Positions 1-12,543 of a stretch of DNA of 55,244 nt are shown here, piece after piece (within the stretch, counting starts at the first letter, position 1; the number at the start of each line of letters is the position of its first letter). A program made the translations under genes and the position numbers. This DNA comes from Octopus bimaculoides (lineage: Eukaryota), in assembly GCF_001194135.2 (NCBI RefSeq), contig NC_068983.1, positions 159,449,343 to 159,504,586 on the forward strand. The letters are read 5' to 3'. A model generated the notes under the pieces. That model saw only the letters and a list, made by a program, of their open reading frames with translations. It had not been told where the DNA came from and made no database searches.

Positions 1-270
1 CACTACACATGTTGATGCCCAGATCTCTAACTGTTTGTGGTTCTGGGATTGCAGTACCTCCAGGCCCTGTGTATGCCAGTTGGGAGGTACTCGTGGTCTT
101 GTAGCGCAGTACTTGAAATTTTTTTGCATTGAACTGCATATTATTTTGCTCTGCCCACTCATATATTGCATTTAGGTCATTCTGCAGGCTTACAATATCA
201 TCAGGATTCTTTATTGCCTGAGATATCTTTGTGTCATCAGCATAGCTAGTGACAGTGGCTCTCCGAGTGA
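1..270 (-). mobile_element. CR1/L2-like LINE reverse transcriptase fragment (runs off window edge)
   Basis: Stop-free minus frame VTSYADDTKISQAIKNPDDIVSLQNDLNAIYEWAEQNNMQFNAKKFQVLRY...VRDLGI contains the RT YADD motif plus the LQ.DL..I..W...N.M.FN..K and RDLG motifs. Confidence 0.85.
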
Positions 271-334
271 CCGTGGGCATGTATATATATGACCGTGGGC
301 ATGTATATATATGACCGTGGGCATGTATATATAT
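269..334. repeat. 22-bp tandem repeat x3 (gaccgtgggcatgtatatatat)
   Basis: Three exact consecutive copies at the 5' truncation point of the LINE fragment. Confidence 0.95.
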
Positions 335-740
335 GAATTTGAGGTGCAATTATTTCCTCTTTTGAGGTACGAGAGCCAGGCAGAGCAAGTCGACGTTCCT
401 GGAACTGTTATAAACATTTATACTTGAAAACTGTGTTTAGAATATACTTAACAAATCTAAACACAAGTGACACTCATCCGTGACATTAAATGAAAAATAT
501 ATATATTGATTTAGTATAGATATTAAACTTTTGCTATCTGTTAAAATAAAGGTATCTGGTTGAGCTGTAGTCAAGTTGATAGAAAGGTTGTAGTCTACAA
601 GAAAATATTTTAAAGAAATTTAATTTCAATGTTTGCTATCTAAAAGTACAGTTGTTCTTAGCAACAAAAGATTTAAAGAAGCGGAACTCTGTAATGTGAG
701 TTTTAGCATGAATATGCAAATTATTGTAAACTCTCATACG

Positions 741-763
741 CGCGCGCGCTGCACACACGCACG

Positions 764-840
<77 letters not shown>

Positions 841-850
841 ACACACACAC
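741..850. repeat. (CG)n/(CA)n microsatellite
   Basis: Direct reading. Confidence 0.95.
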
Positions 851-2846
851 GAGACAATGCAGCACAAACGCTATATATTTTAAAGTACTACATCCATCCA
901 TGCTCTTCGTTCACTATCTCTGGGAAGGTTGTGGTGGTAGAATCCTCAAGTATCTCCTGCAAAGGGTCCCAAACACGACCATCTGAGACTAGACATACTA
1001 TCGAATCACCTCGTTCTTGGTTTAACCCAAGGTCTCCTGTCGATTGGCTTGGCTTGAAGAATTTATCTTATTATTCTTTCCTGTAGCATTTTAATCACAT
1101 GTCCATACAAGGAGAGATGTGACCTCTCAGTGAGGAGAAGTAGAGACTCAATTTGGTGATGCACCCTGATCTTCGTTATACGCACCCTGTCATGTAGCGT
1201 TACTCCAAAGGCCCTTCAGAGGAACCCCATTTCAGCTGCCTGTCTTCGCGATTGTTCTCTTTCACTCATTACCCATATTATGGCCATACATGAGGTTAGA
1301 CACGAAAACCAAATTAAAAAGAGTTTAACTTATTATTTTTATCAATTTTTTCTCTTCTGGGGATCGAATGCTGGATTGGAACATTACTGTACCAGTACCT
1401 ACAATTCTAGCTTCCACGTAGGCCTACTACTTTCCATTACTCGTGAATACCGCCCCGAGAGCTGAGTTTGATAAACAATAGATCGCGGTTTTGTGTCTGT
1501 GGATGTCTTACCGTCTATGTAATTCTCCATCTTCATAATTAATTTCTCACTTGCCACTATACAGCACTTTCAGTATCTTGGAGGCATTCATTCGGCTGAA
1601 TGTAATATACTGACACCACAAACCTATTGAAGAAAACCACTTCAGCTCATTGCTCTCGATTTTCAACAACTATCAGTAATCTCAAGCTGAAAATCCAGAT
1701 TTTCATTTACCAAGAAATTCATATCACATACGTATGTCTATGAATTATAAACCATATATAATAGCCATCGGAAGTTGTTTCAACATAACAAGAACTATTT
1801 TAGCATTCATCATTAACCACAAACGATCTGTATGACTGATAAATTGTATGAGAGGTGAACCGATTATGGAATATATTACGTATTCACTTAGAAACTGAAT
1901 CGGACCAATTCAGCTGAATATAAGTATTCATCATAGACAAGCTCACCAATATGTGCTTGACTAAGGGTGGTAGTTAAAATCTACTACTATGCATCTTAGC
2001 AGGGTTTTAAAGCGCGTTATCTGCAGCGAATGCCATATTTTACATGAGACTATAAAGCCAGCAAAAAATACATACTTTAATGCCCAGCAAAATCCGATAT
2101 GAAGCGCGGTGGACATCAAAAGAAGAAACGACATATAACTTTCTCCCTTTTCTTGTACCAATAATAATGATATAAAACGGGTGGCATTTTATCAAAATAA
2201 ACTTTTTGATATCAATAGGAGAAACTACATTCCGCTTTCTACTCTGGAAACAAATTCTCCAAATTGGCTTGGTAGAAAGAAAGAAATATTTCCGTGGGCA
2301 AATTGACTATTATGCATGCCTCGTTATCTACTTTAGAAATATATGAGATAAAGTTAACCTATTTATAAACTATATATTGCCATTTTTCTTATAGGCTACT
2401 ATTAGGTTGTATTGAACGATTTAGACCGACATTGTGAACAGAAAGTATTTACTTACATCTGTACTTAGATCTGTATCACAAATTAATTCATAATGACCAG
2501 ATACTTTATTAACAGCCAATAATGTCATCGTTTATATTGAATACTTGGATGATTCTGCAATACTTGAGCAATAACCTCTTTCATTTAGCCAACTGGAACG
2601 GTGGAACAGAAATAGATACAGCTTCAGCAAGTAATCAATAACACCACTATCTTTCAGGAAAAAAAAAACTGTCAGTCTCAACAGAATTCTATATTAATGA
2701 ATATCATTGAAAATTATTGAAGCCAAACAAACAGATATTTTACATATACAAAGTAAACAAAACTTTGAACAAGTTAAATTCCCTTTAAAATATATAACTT
2801 TATTTGAAACAAGATGATACAAGCGTTTTCATGGTGTAGACGATAA

Positions 2847-2946
2847 TGTGTATCAAGTGTAATATCATCTGGATATCAAGTGTAATCTGGATATCAAGTG
2901 TAATCTGGATATCAAGTGTAATATCATCATGTGTAATATCATCTGG
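2847..2946. repeat. ~17-bp minisatellite (ctggatatcaagtgtaat-type unit)
   Basis: About 5 imperfect tandem copies of tgtaat[atcat]ctggatatcaag. Confidence 0.85.
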
Positions 2947-3111
2947 AGCTTAAATAACGGTAGGTCACGGTAGGAAAGTCAATACAGAATTAGACTGGAA
3001 TTATTCGAATGAAGCTCATAAACCCTCAAGCGGATAAGTATTTACTATAAAAATGTTTTATCGCTTAAAACTGGCGCAGATGGAAATCAAAACTTAAAGC
3101 AAACCTGTGTT

Positions 3112-3315
3112 TACGATGGGTGCTGAAAAGTTCCTGGATCTAAGGGCATCACAAAATGCCTGGATGGATGCCCAACCTTCAGAGTTTTTTTCACTGAGCT
3201 TAGGACCGCTGCAATAAGTGTGTGAATCTGAGAAGGGAACATGTTGAATAAAATCATAACTGACCCACCTGTATTCTCTTACCCAAGGCCACGAACTTTT
3301 CAGCACCCAATCGTA
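3112..3315 (+). mobile_element. mariner-derived MITE (~204 bp)
   Basis: TIRs tacgatgggtgctgaaaagttcctgg and ccacgaacttttcagcacccaatcgta, both ending in TA. The interior resembles the mariner C-terminus (...KCVNLRREHVE*). Confidence 0.8.
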
Positions 3316-3499
3316 TACAGGGAGATTGAACGAAACCATGCCTGATTCAAGCAATGGTAATGATTATAATTTAGTTCAGTAAGCTGATCTGCCGCGAACA
3401 GGGAAATACATTAACGCTTCAGATATCCACCTTTCTTCGGAAAGATATCGAGTATATAAGGGTTTTATCGCCTGAGAAAATAACGAAGTATTGATGTGA

Positions 3500-4700
3500 A
3501 TGGGTTAATGTGGAGGAAGGAGAAAAAATCAGAGTAACGTGGAGCAGCGTTGTGTATGAAATGTACGATGCAATAAGAAGCCAAGTCTGAGAGACAGATT
3601 GTAAAAGAGAACGCACAGTTTGTTACAAGAACCAGAACAGTAGAAATAGGAAGATGATGGTTGGGTTCAGGTTAAATGAATTGGAAGATAAGTGAAAATG
3701 TAAAAAAAAAAGAAAAAGAGAAAAAGATGAGCATAGGATCATGTACTCAATTACGTTGACGGACAGATAAAGGAAGCAGCTAAGAGAGGAGAAAGGAAAT
3801 GGTAGAGGCATCTACCAGGTAACTGAGATCCGCAAGAAGTGCTCAATTCCAAAGAAAATAGAGGCTGTGAAGAATATAAAGAATTAAGATTCTGTATAGG
3901 GTGGTCGGAATAATGAGGCACAAATGTATTGGGAGTGGTTGGGCAAAAATGTAGCTTGTAAGAAAGATGAGGAGAGAAAATAGGCTGAAAATGATATATA
4001 GAATAGTGAACAAGTACAATTAATGTAACATTGTGCATGCTACATGGCCTAGTGGAGGCACATGGCCTAGTGGTTACAGCAGCGGATTCGCGGTCGAGGG
4101 ATCGCGGGTTCGAATCTCAGACCGGATGATGTGTGTGTTTATGACCGAAATACCTAAGCTCCACGCAGCTCCGGCAGAAGGCAATGGCGAATTTCTGCTG
4201 ACTCTTTAACCACAACTTTTTTTCTCTCTCTCTCTTTCCTCCTGCATCTAGCAACTCACCTGCGACGGACCGGCGTTCCGTCCAGGTGGGGAACATATAC
4301 ACCAATGAAACTGGGAAAAAGGCCCTTATGAGCCAGGCATAGCTCGAGAAGGAATAAACAACATACATGCCACACATAGTGTATGCTATCACATAGGTCA
4401 AAGAAGAATTTGTTGGTTGCGGAACTGACAGCATAAGAAGTAACAATATACAGGGGTTATAATGAAGGTCAATAGGAGGACTTGAGTAAAAAGGAAAATG
4501 AATTGCTGAGTGGAGGAAATGGCTGGTATCCTTGACACTGTGTGGAAGGGCTAGAATGAAGGACGATATACGTTGATCGAGGTGGGGGAAACCTAAGCGA
4601 AGAATTAGTCGATTTATGAAAGGGTTGTTGTTTTAAGATTGATTAACTTGTAGAAGTAATGACGAATGTTTTATGCAAAAGATATATTGACGTGTCTAAA
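3500..4700 (+). mobile_element. possible highly decayed RTE-like LINE endonuclease region, interrupted by a SINE
   Basis: Purine-rich plus strand with faint APE-endonuclease-like words (GNGRGI, RVV..IM..K.VLG, YA.). No open frame. Confidence 0.3.
4052..4362 (+). mobile_element. tRNA-derived SINE
   Basis: A box tggcctagtgg and B box ggttcgaatc, followed by a non-tRNA body with an internal (CT)n and an aacaac tail. Confidence 0.85.
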
Positions 4701-6932
4701 TGTTAGAGTTGTTGAACTGAATTATAATCAATAGCTTTTTCATTTTCACAAACCCGTCTTTGTACAGACATAGAGTACCTAAGACTACAGTGTCCAACGT
4801 GCTATTCCTGTTTTAAGACGATTTTGAGTATTGCTATTTTTAGCCAGTCGAAAGGCCGAGTAGATGTTATTAAAATGGCTAGTTTCGATTTTCTGGTTGA
4901 TGGATTTAAATGTTCTTACGAACTAAATCATATGTTAGTTTTGTTCTTGTTTGTCGAAACATATTTACCTGCAATCACAACCGAGGAGATAAAATTGTAA
5001 GACAGGTATTCCATCAGGAATGGGCAGACAAGTAAGGAAACATTTTTCACAGCAGTGAACAAAATCGACGTTTGATTTACGAGGCCTAGTAAGTCGAATA
5101 CGTCAATTCCCCTGTGATTTCGTTGCGTTCTACAACCTTCATGTCATTCATTATGTTACCATGACCTACATACATTTTTATATTAACTTCAATCGATTTT
5201 AAGTTACTATGGCACCAATCAGAAGGTGGGTCATTACTATATCATCTGTGTTGTATATATAATGTCTTTCACAATACAACATCCACAAAAAAATCTAATC
5301 CTGATAAAGAAAATTACTTCTTACAACTTGTTTATTACATCTCACAATTTGTTTAGTTTCTTGAGCTTCAGAGTCGTTCGTATTCACCAAGAGACAAGAA
5401 AAATGAATTATACCTCATCTAATTTGCCGACAAAATATGACAAATGTAATGATAGTTATATTAAGAAATCTAGTATCGTACAAAATAGGATTTTGGTCGC
5501 GAATAAAGATTCAGTTGACGTCAGTGACTATTTTCGGCAAGTTATAGACAAAAATTTCAGCGTATCAGATTACAGCAAGGTTATTGGGACTGCGGGACAT
5601 TTGCTGTTGATTTGATAATGGTTTGAACGATTTCACAATCTCAGGAGTTTCTAACTTTTCACTTAAAAAATATTGTTCATACTTTTAATGTTCTTTACAT
5701 ATGTACAAACATGTACAAACACAACACAGACACATACATTTAGACAACCATCACCTTTCTTCGCTATCACTACACTGCCGAATCTCCGTCTTTTACTATT
5801 GTAATCCTCTTTTTGCTCCACATTGACGGCTTTTCCATTTCCAGTCTTTCTCTTACGTTTCTTGCTTGCTCTCGCTCTTTACTACAATATATTTCAATTT
5901 CTTTACTTTTATCATATTGATTTCGCTTGGATCTTGACACAACGCACACTCTCACTCTGTCGCATACTTTCCTTTTATTTGTTTTTCTATTACTAATACA
6001 ATAAACACCTCTTTTACTTCTCTTTATCTTTCTCCTACCATCTCAAAATGAACTAGCAGGGTGACGGAAAGTTTTAGCAAAAGACTAGATTAATGCAGAG
6101 CAGACATATTGGATTATTTTCGTTAATTTGAGGGGTAAAACAAATTTCATTGATGTGAGTTCAAACACGAGAGCCTCAAACACATTCTCTTTTCAAATTC
6201 TTCTTGAATATAGACAAAAATATCGCATACGTTTACGACATAGCCATAAATTCTGAAACCGGACATGTTCTTAGAAGACTCCAAATGACTGTGTGACTAC
6301 GAATGCACAATGGTACATGGAAGAGCTCAGGAGGCTCTGAGCAAGACAATGTAGAACTAGGGAGGTGTTTCGAGACCCACGAAATGATTTCCTCAAAATA
6401 AAATCCCTGAAATCCGTGCTTGCCTTAAATCTTTATCATTTTAGACAAAATTTTTGATTCTTCATGCTGAAAACCAGCGTGAAAATCTAACTTCACAGAG
6501 ATCATATCAAAAATTTGTTTCAAGTTAGAGATAAAGAATTTCCATATGGCATTAATTGCAGTATGAACATAGTGTCTTAAACAACAGATGATTTGATATC
6601 GTAGATGTTCCTTAATCAGCAACATCGGAACACAAGCGGATGGGTAAAAAGTATTTGGGTTAATAGAGTTAACTGGCAGCTACTTCAGGAAATTGTCATA
6701 ATTAGAAATCAATATATACTATTGTGAATCATGAAAACAGTAATCTACTATCCTGCAGAATTTTAAAATTTATTAGAATATTCAAATATACTGCTACATA
6801 ACAATGGAAAGATATCCTAATAATACTGGTGGGTAATTTAGATCAGATGCGGCTATTCAGTGGCACAAGGCAAGTGATTAGGACGCTTATGCGACATGAC
6901 ATATTTTTACTGGGGGCAACAGAATATTTATA

Positions 6933-6939
6933 CACACAC

Positions 6940-7022
<83 letters not shown>
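6933..7022. repeat. (CA)n microsatellite
   Basis: Direct reading. Confidence 0.95.
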
Positions 7023-7026
<4 letters not shown>

Positions 7027-7900
7027 AATGCATTCATACATACATATATATATAGTAACTTGCTTCAGTTAATGAATCTCGGACATACTGGGGCACCACC
7101 TTGTGTTTATATGCACGCGTGTGTGTGAGTATGTGTGTTTGTGTATGTGTGTGTATGTGTGTATATGTGTATGTGTGTGTGTTTTGGTCTTCGCCTGTAT
7201 TAGTGTGCGGGAACTAGCCCCATGAACAAGTGTGTTTTGACTGTCTCAACTGATTAAATTGATTGAAAGGAATAATAGATAGCAAGTATGTACATGCACA
7301 TATAATACACAGGTATACACATGCAAGCTTACACGCGCGCGCACACACACACACACACAAACATATATACATAAATATGTAATTATTGAAAATGTGAACT
7401 CATGTGAGTGTATATTAAAATAGAAATGTTAATAATATAAGTTGATATAATCATTTGGAATATTCACAAAAATCGTTGGACCAGTGGACTGTTTGATTTT
7501 ACTAGAACGACTGTTATTAATTGCAAATGTCATGAGTCTATTCAATTAACATACACATACCCACGTTCAACTACATCATTATAGGACAATTATCACAGTT
7601 TGGAAACTTATTATTTACATCATTGCGAGACATACTCAGTTCCTGTCTGTAGGATATCCTGGCAACGTGAACACCTTTTTTATGTCTATTATTTGCATGA
7701 AATCTGTTGCCTCCATTTATGATATCTGTTTATTAAATAACTAGTATACCCGTGTTGTCAAAGATGTGGAGAGTTTTATTAACGATAGAAAATGCACATC
7801 AAAACCATGGGATAAACCTTTGATAAATGTCAGTAATCGAGTAAATATATGTATATACATAGATATGAAGCACTTGAACAATCAGATGCTGTTGTAACAT

Positions 7901-8064
7901 CGCCGTTGAAAATATTGTGTGTGGTAAGAAGCTTGCTTCCTAACCATGTGAATCCAGGTTCAGTCCCACTGCGCGGCGCCTTGGGCAAGTGCTGTCTACT
8001 TTAGCCTGAAGCCGACCAAAGCATTGTGAAAGAACTTGGTAGACGGAAACCGAAAGAAGCCCGT
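7901..8064 (+). mobile_element. 5' half of a CORE-type tRNA-derived SINE
   Basis: Matches the copy at 42357-42764 (tgtggtaag..gcttgctt..aacca...ccttgggcaagtg...ggtagacggaaac.gaaagaagcccgt). Confidence 0.8.
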
Positions 8065-9090
8065 GCAACACTGTCCCCATAAATAGCTTCAGTTTCATTA
8101 CCACCGTTATTCACAATATTTTGTTTATCCATTGTAACTCATATGAGGTAGCGATTATCTAATTGCACAATTACCAATGTTTTTGTTGTGACACCATCAC
8201 TAGATGTATCATTAATGAGGACATGGGAAGACTCAACCCGTGCCTTTCATTATTATCATTATTATTATTTCCATCATCACTGATATCACTGGTATTATTG
8301 TTTGGGCCTCAGATTCCTGTGCTATCAGAATAGTAGTAGTTGTAGTATTAGCAGCTGCAGCATATTATCATCATTTTTATTTTTGTCATTATCACCATCA
8401 CCTCCACTACCGCTGTTATCATAATTATTGCTTTTTCCATTTTTTATTAAAAGATTTTATTAAATGTTCTTTATTTTCAACTTTTGTCTTGTACGCAAAA
8501 TTGCGTTTGTTGAAGAAATAGTTGGTGAGGGAATAGCAGCTTGGTGAATAGATCGAAATTCTACAGGTCTATAAATAGGTTCGGCAGTTGGTGGGGAAGT
8601 TAGCCATAGAGACAAAAGAATCTTCGCACCCTTTGTGTCTGCAAAGGTCAAATGTATTTACTACTACCAGCGACCATTAAGAGTACTGACCTTACCCTTC
8701 AGAAGAAGGAATTCAACCTGCTCTATTTGTAATTACTGGATGTCTGGCCGTAAAGCCTTTTCTGTTTGTTTTCCTGTCTTGTTTTTTGTCCGACACTACA
8801 TTCCTCCATGGCAAGATTTAATTTGTGTATACAAATTTAATTTGCGGTCCATGGAAAGAGCCGGTTTAACGATGCGTCCTGCCCAGCTCTTCGAAACGCC
8901 GGTGTTAAAACGGGGGTAGCTGATGAAGTAGAATGTTCTCTATGTGGCTTGTGTGTTTTCTCGTCTACGTTTTGGTTGCAATGTCCTGTACCCAGATATA
9001 CACCTATACATACAGGTGGATGTCGGTACGCACATACCTGTACGTATATATGCATATACTCATTTACTATTTGTTTATATATATATATAT

Positions 9091-9266
9091 ATCATCATCA
9101 TCATCACCGTCGTTTAACGTCCGCTTTCCATGCTAGAATGGGTTGGACGATTTGACTGAGGACTGGTGGACAAGGAGGCGACACCAGGCTCCAATCTGAT
9201 TTGGCAGAGTTTCTACAGCTGGATGCCTTTCCTAACGCCAACCACTCCGAGAGAGTAGTGGGTGCT
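9091..9266 (-). mobile_element. 3' part of a retroposon (RTE-tail-like) with (GAT)n tail
   Basis: (cat)n tail then cgtttaacgtccgctttccatgct...ggatgcctttcctaacgccaacc; truncated abruptly at gggtgct. Family assignment is from recall. Confidence 0.65.
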
Positions 9267-9850
9267 GAACCACAACCGAAAAGAGAACTTCATGGGTAAA
9301 AAGGTTCTCCTCTGTATCTGGTGGGATGGATTGCAAAGGAGTAATTCACTTTGAATTGTTACCACCTATGCAACAATCAATGCTCAAGTCTATTGTCATC
9401 AATTAGAGCGTTTGAACCAAGCTTTGAAGAAAAAAGACCCGCTTTAGTGAACCGAAAAGGAGTGATGTTTCATCAGGGCAATGCGCGACCCCACATTGCA
9501 AAGATCATATCATAGAAGATCGAAGAGCTTGGTTGGGAAAAAATTCCTCATCCACCTTATTCTCCCGACCTTGCTCCTTCAGACTACCATTTGTTTCATA
9601 GTTTACAGAATCATTTGGGGAACATAACTTTCGCAAGCCAAGAGGAGGTCGAAACTGACATTTCAGAGTTCTTCACTTTGAAACCAAAATAGTTTTACAT
9701 TGATGGGATTAAAAAACTTGTAAATAGATGGAAGGAAGTCATAGATAATCAGGGAAAGTACATTGATGATTAAATTTCAATTAAATATAACATTTGATCA
9801 CTTGTTTTCTTTATTCAAAATTTGGACTGAACTTGTGGAATGACCTGATA
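9267..9850 (+). mobile_element. mariner (DD34D) transposase 3' half pseudogene with right TIR
   Basis: With frameshifts it reads KKVLLCIWWD..GVIHFELL...INAQVYCHQLERLNQALKKKRPALVNRKGVMFHQGNARPH...LGWEKIPHPPYSPDLAPSDYHLFHSLQNHL...RWKEVIDNQGKYIDD* (stop 9771-9773). Ends ...acttgtggaatgacctgata. Confidence 0.95.
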
Positions 9851-10370
9851 TTAAAGTTTTAAAGTTTTCTTGAGATGTTGGTTTGTCTATCCAGTTACAG
9901 AATACAGTAGTGTTTTTGCAATGAAAGGGATGTTTACATTTTCGAATACTCAGGGTGAAAGGAACGGTTAGGTATTCATAGAAGTTGCAGATATTAAAAT
10001 TGTGTGTTCGAAAGCTTTAGGCATGAAAATTCATAACTTATTTCGACGGAGACTTAAAATATTCACAGGAAATTGTAGATATTCCAGTCTTTGGGAATAG
10101 TAGGATGAAGAGATGTTCACCTTGTTGAATTTTTGAATTTCTGAAGCTCTTTTCTTTTGGAATTTTTCTTTTCCTTTTAAACGTAAGGCTGTGGTTTACA
10201 GTTTTTGTAGTTCTGCAGTATGTATATATTGGCAGATGCTTACCTCCTTAATTTTTTTCCGCGTATTTAATAGTGTTGTTACAATAAAAAAACGTTTACA
10301 TATTCGGGTAGTCAGGGAAAAAGGAAAAATAAAATGTTCACGCAAAATTAGAGTTATTAATGTTTCTAAA

Positions 10371-10461
<91 letters not shown>

Positions 10462-10475
10462 GTTATTATTATTAT
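10371..10475. repeat. (ATT)n microsatellite
   Basis: Direct reading. Confidence 0.95.
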
Positions 10476-10476
10476 A

Positions 10477-10670
10477 AAGGTGACAAGCTGGCAGAGTCGT
10501 TAGCTTGCGCTGGACGAAATGCTCAGCGGTATTTTGCCCGTCGCTATGTTCTGAGTTCAAATTCCGCCTTTCATCCTTTCAGAGTCGATAAATTAAGTAC
10601 CAGTGAAACACTGAGGTCGATGTAATCGACTAGTCCTTCACCCCCAAATTTCAGGTCTTGTGCTTATATT
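10477..10670 (+). mobile_element. tRNA-derived SINE with Nin/Deu-like central domain
   Basis: Head gctggcagagtcgttagc...gagttcaaattccgcc, core gcctttcatcctttcagagtcgataaattaagtaccag, (att)n tail. Homologous to copies at 14989, 43422 and 47733. Confidence 0.85.
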
Positions 10671-10782
10671 ATTATTATTGTTATTATCAGCGGTAAATAT
10701 AAATAATTGATAATAGCAACAATAATACTAGAGGCCAGCAAGCAATAATAGCGTTAAGTTACTATACAAGAAAAATTATAAT

Positions 10783-11060
10783 TACAATAGAGGGTACACG
10801 AAGTATCAGCTTGCGAGATGTAAGAGTTAAACTCCTCAAATAAGTCACCGATCGTACTGTGAAGCATAAAGGACAAGCAGAAATCATGATCCAGATATAT
10901 CAATTACCTTATTTTACAGCTTTAAGATGAGTTTGTTAAATCTTTGCTCGTTTGCTCGATTTCAGCAGGTCCGTTATGTCTTTCAGTGTGATTGGTGGCT
11001 TATTTGAGGATTTAAATTCTTATATCTAGCAAGCTGGTACTTCGTGTACTCTCTATTATA
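10783..11060. mobile_element. fold-back element A (~105-bp inverted arms, ~70-bp spacer)
   Basis: 10783-10887 aligns to the reverse complement of 10959-11060 at roughly 80% identity by eye; right end runs into (TA)n. Confidence 0.85.
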
Positions 11061-11075
11061 TATATATATATATAT

Positions 11076-11274
11076 NNNNNNNNNNNNNNNNNNNNNNNNN
11101 NNNNNNNNNNNNNNNNNNNNNNNNNNNNNNNNNNNNNNNNNNNNNNNNNNNNNNNNNNNNNNNNNNNNNNNNNNNNNNNNNNNNNNNNNNNNNNNNNNNN
11201 NNNNNNNNNNNNNNNNNNNNNNNNNNNNNNNNNNNNNNNNNNNNNNNNNNNNNNNNNNNNNNNNNNNNNNNNNN
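11076..11274. other. assembly gap (N run)
   Basis: N run after (TA)n. Confidence 1.
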
Positions 11275-11450
11275 ATACAATTAAACCTTGGGAGAGGCAT
11301 TATGCCGGTAATAGGATTTGTCAATTGGGTTATAAAAAAAAAATGCCTCTCCCAAGGTTTAATTCTATTTCTTTCAACACACGTATCCACATCAAGAATC
11401 TTGCACACGAAATATACATACGAAATATATATATATATATATATATATAA

Positions 11451-11760
11451 GCAATAATTATAACGATAGAGGATATGGAGATTGGTACATCCTCAGAATT
11501 TATTCCCTTTAATTTTACAATGTCATACAGCATATTTTTATAGCTATGACGACCTACACGTGTTTCCACTGCACAAAGTAAGGGCACCTGCATATGGAAT
11601 CGGGCATAATTTCTGTACATTTTCGTTCCGAGTTTTCAACCAGGCTGGAAAACGTGTAGGTTCTCATAACCATAAAAATATGATGCATGACATTATAAAA
11701 TAAAAGAAAAAAATTTGAGGATGCACCAGTCACCATATTCTCTATCGTTATAATTATTGC
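11451..11760. mobile_element. fold-back element B (~118-bp inverted arms, ~78-bp spacer)
   Basis: Starts gcaataattataacgatagag and ends ctctatcgttataattattgc; arms 11451-11568 and 11646-11760; left end abuts (TA)n. Confidence 0.9.
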
Positions 11761-11946
11761 TAATACACATTCTAGATAATATTAACGTCCATTGAGACGA
11801 GCACGGAATTATCCATTGGAGGAATTTAGAGCGTGGATAACAACTCGTAGTAGTCATAGACGTTAAATACTAATTGATGCGGTTAGCCGTAATCTGGAAC
11901 ATAACTGAGAGCTATCATGGTATCCGGCTGGACAATATATCCCTTT

Positions 11947-11998
<52 letters not shown>

Positions 11999-12442
11999 CC
12001 TTTTATATTTTATTTCTTTCAGTCGTTAGAGAATTTCAATTCCACCCGCAGGATGTTGTAATCAGGATAGAAAAAGTGATGGTTTCGAGGCAACAATTCA
12101 TAGATATTGGTTTTTAAAAATTGTTCTCATCTGCAAGGTAACTGACCTTCGTTGCTGCACATAATTTCTTTTATTTCTTTCTTTTCTTTTCTTTTCTCAG
12201 TACTTAATTTTTGGGCCTGGTATTTATTTTGTCAATTCATTTTCCTGAACCGCTAAGTTACGGGAATGTAAACGAACCGAACAATGGTGGAGTACAAACA
12301 CAAAGACATGCACATACACAGGTATATACATGACAGGTCTACCAAATCCATTCAGGAGGCCTTGGTCGGCCCGAGGTTATCGTCTGACGGAGTAGTACAC
12401 TTCTAACCACCAAACCATACACATACGGACACGCATATACAC

Positions 12443-12474
<32 letters not shown>

Positions 12475-12543
12475 GCAAATATACTCATACATACGCACGC
12501 ATGCTTATATGTAGAGTAATGCATGTGCATACATCTTTGTGTG

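Noticed and set aside
2847-2946. Short direct-repeat arrays as CRISPR (also 269-334, 35255-35290, 35532-35565)
   Set aside because: No unique spacers, no cas genes, eukaryotic context; these are simple tandem duplications
4052-4125. tRNA-like heads here and at 10477, 37483 and 42357
   Set aside because: A/B boxes continue into repeat bodies without a proper acceptor stem; these are SINE heads, not tRNA genes
5690-6050. Purine-rich minus ORF (5770-5955) as a LINE or host exon
   Set aside because: Low complexity and no diagnostic motif
6250-6660. Possible mariner remnant (TTNAQWYMEELRRL)
   Set aside because: Single short resemblance with no catalytic motifs or TIR
8870-8945. cttcGAAAcgccggtgtta...gtagCTGATGAagtag as a permuted hammerhead ribozyme
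   Set aside because: Stems I and II do not pair by eye; the surrounding 8700-9000 block may be a repeat but I cannot classify it
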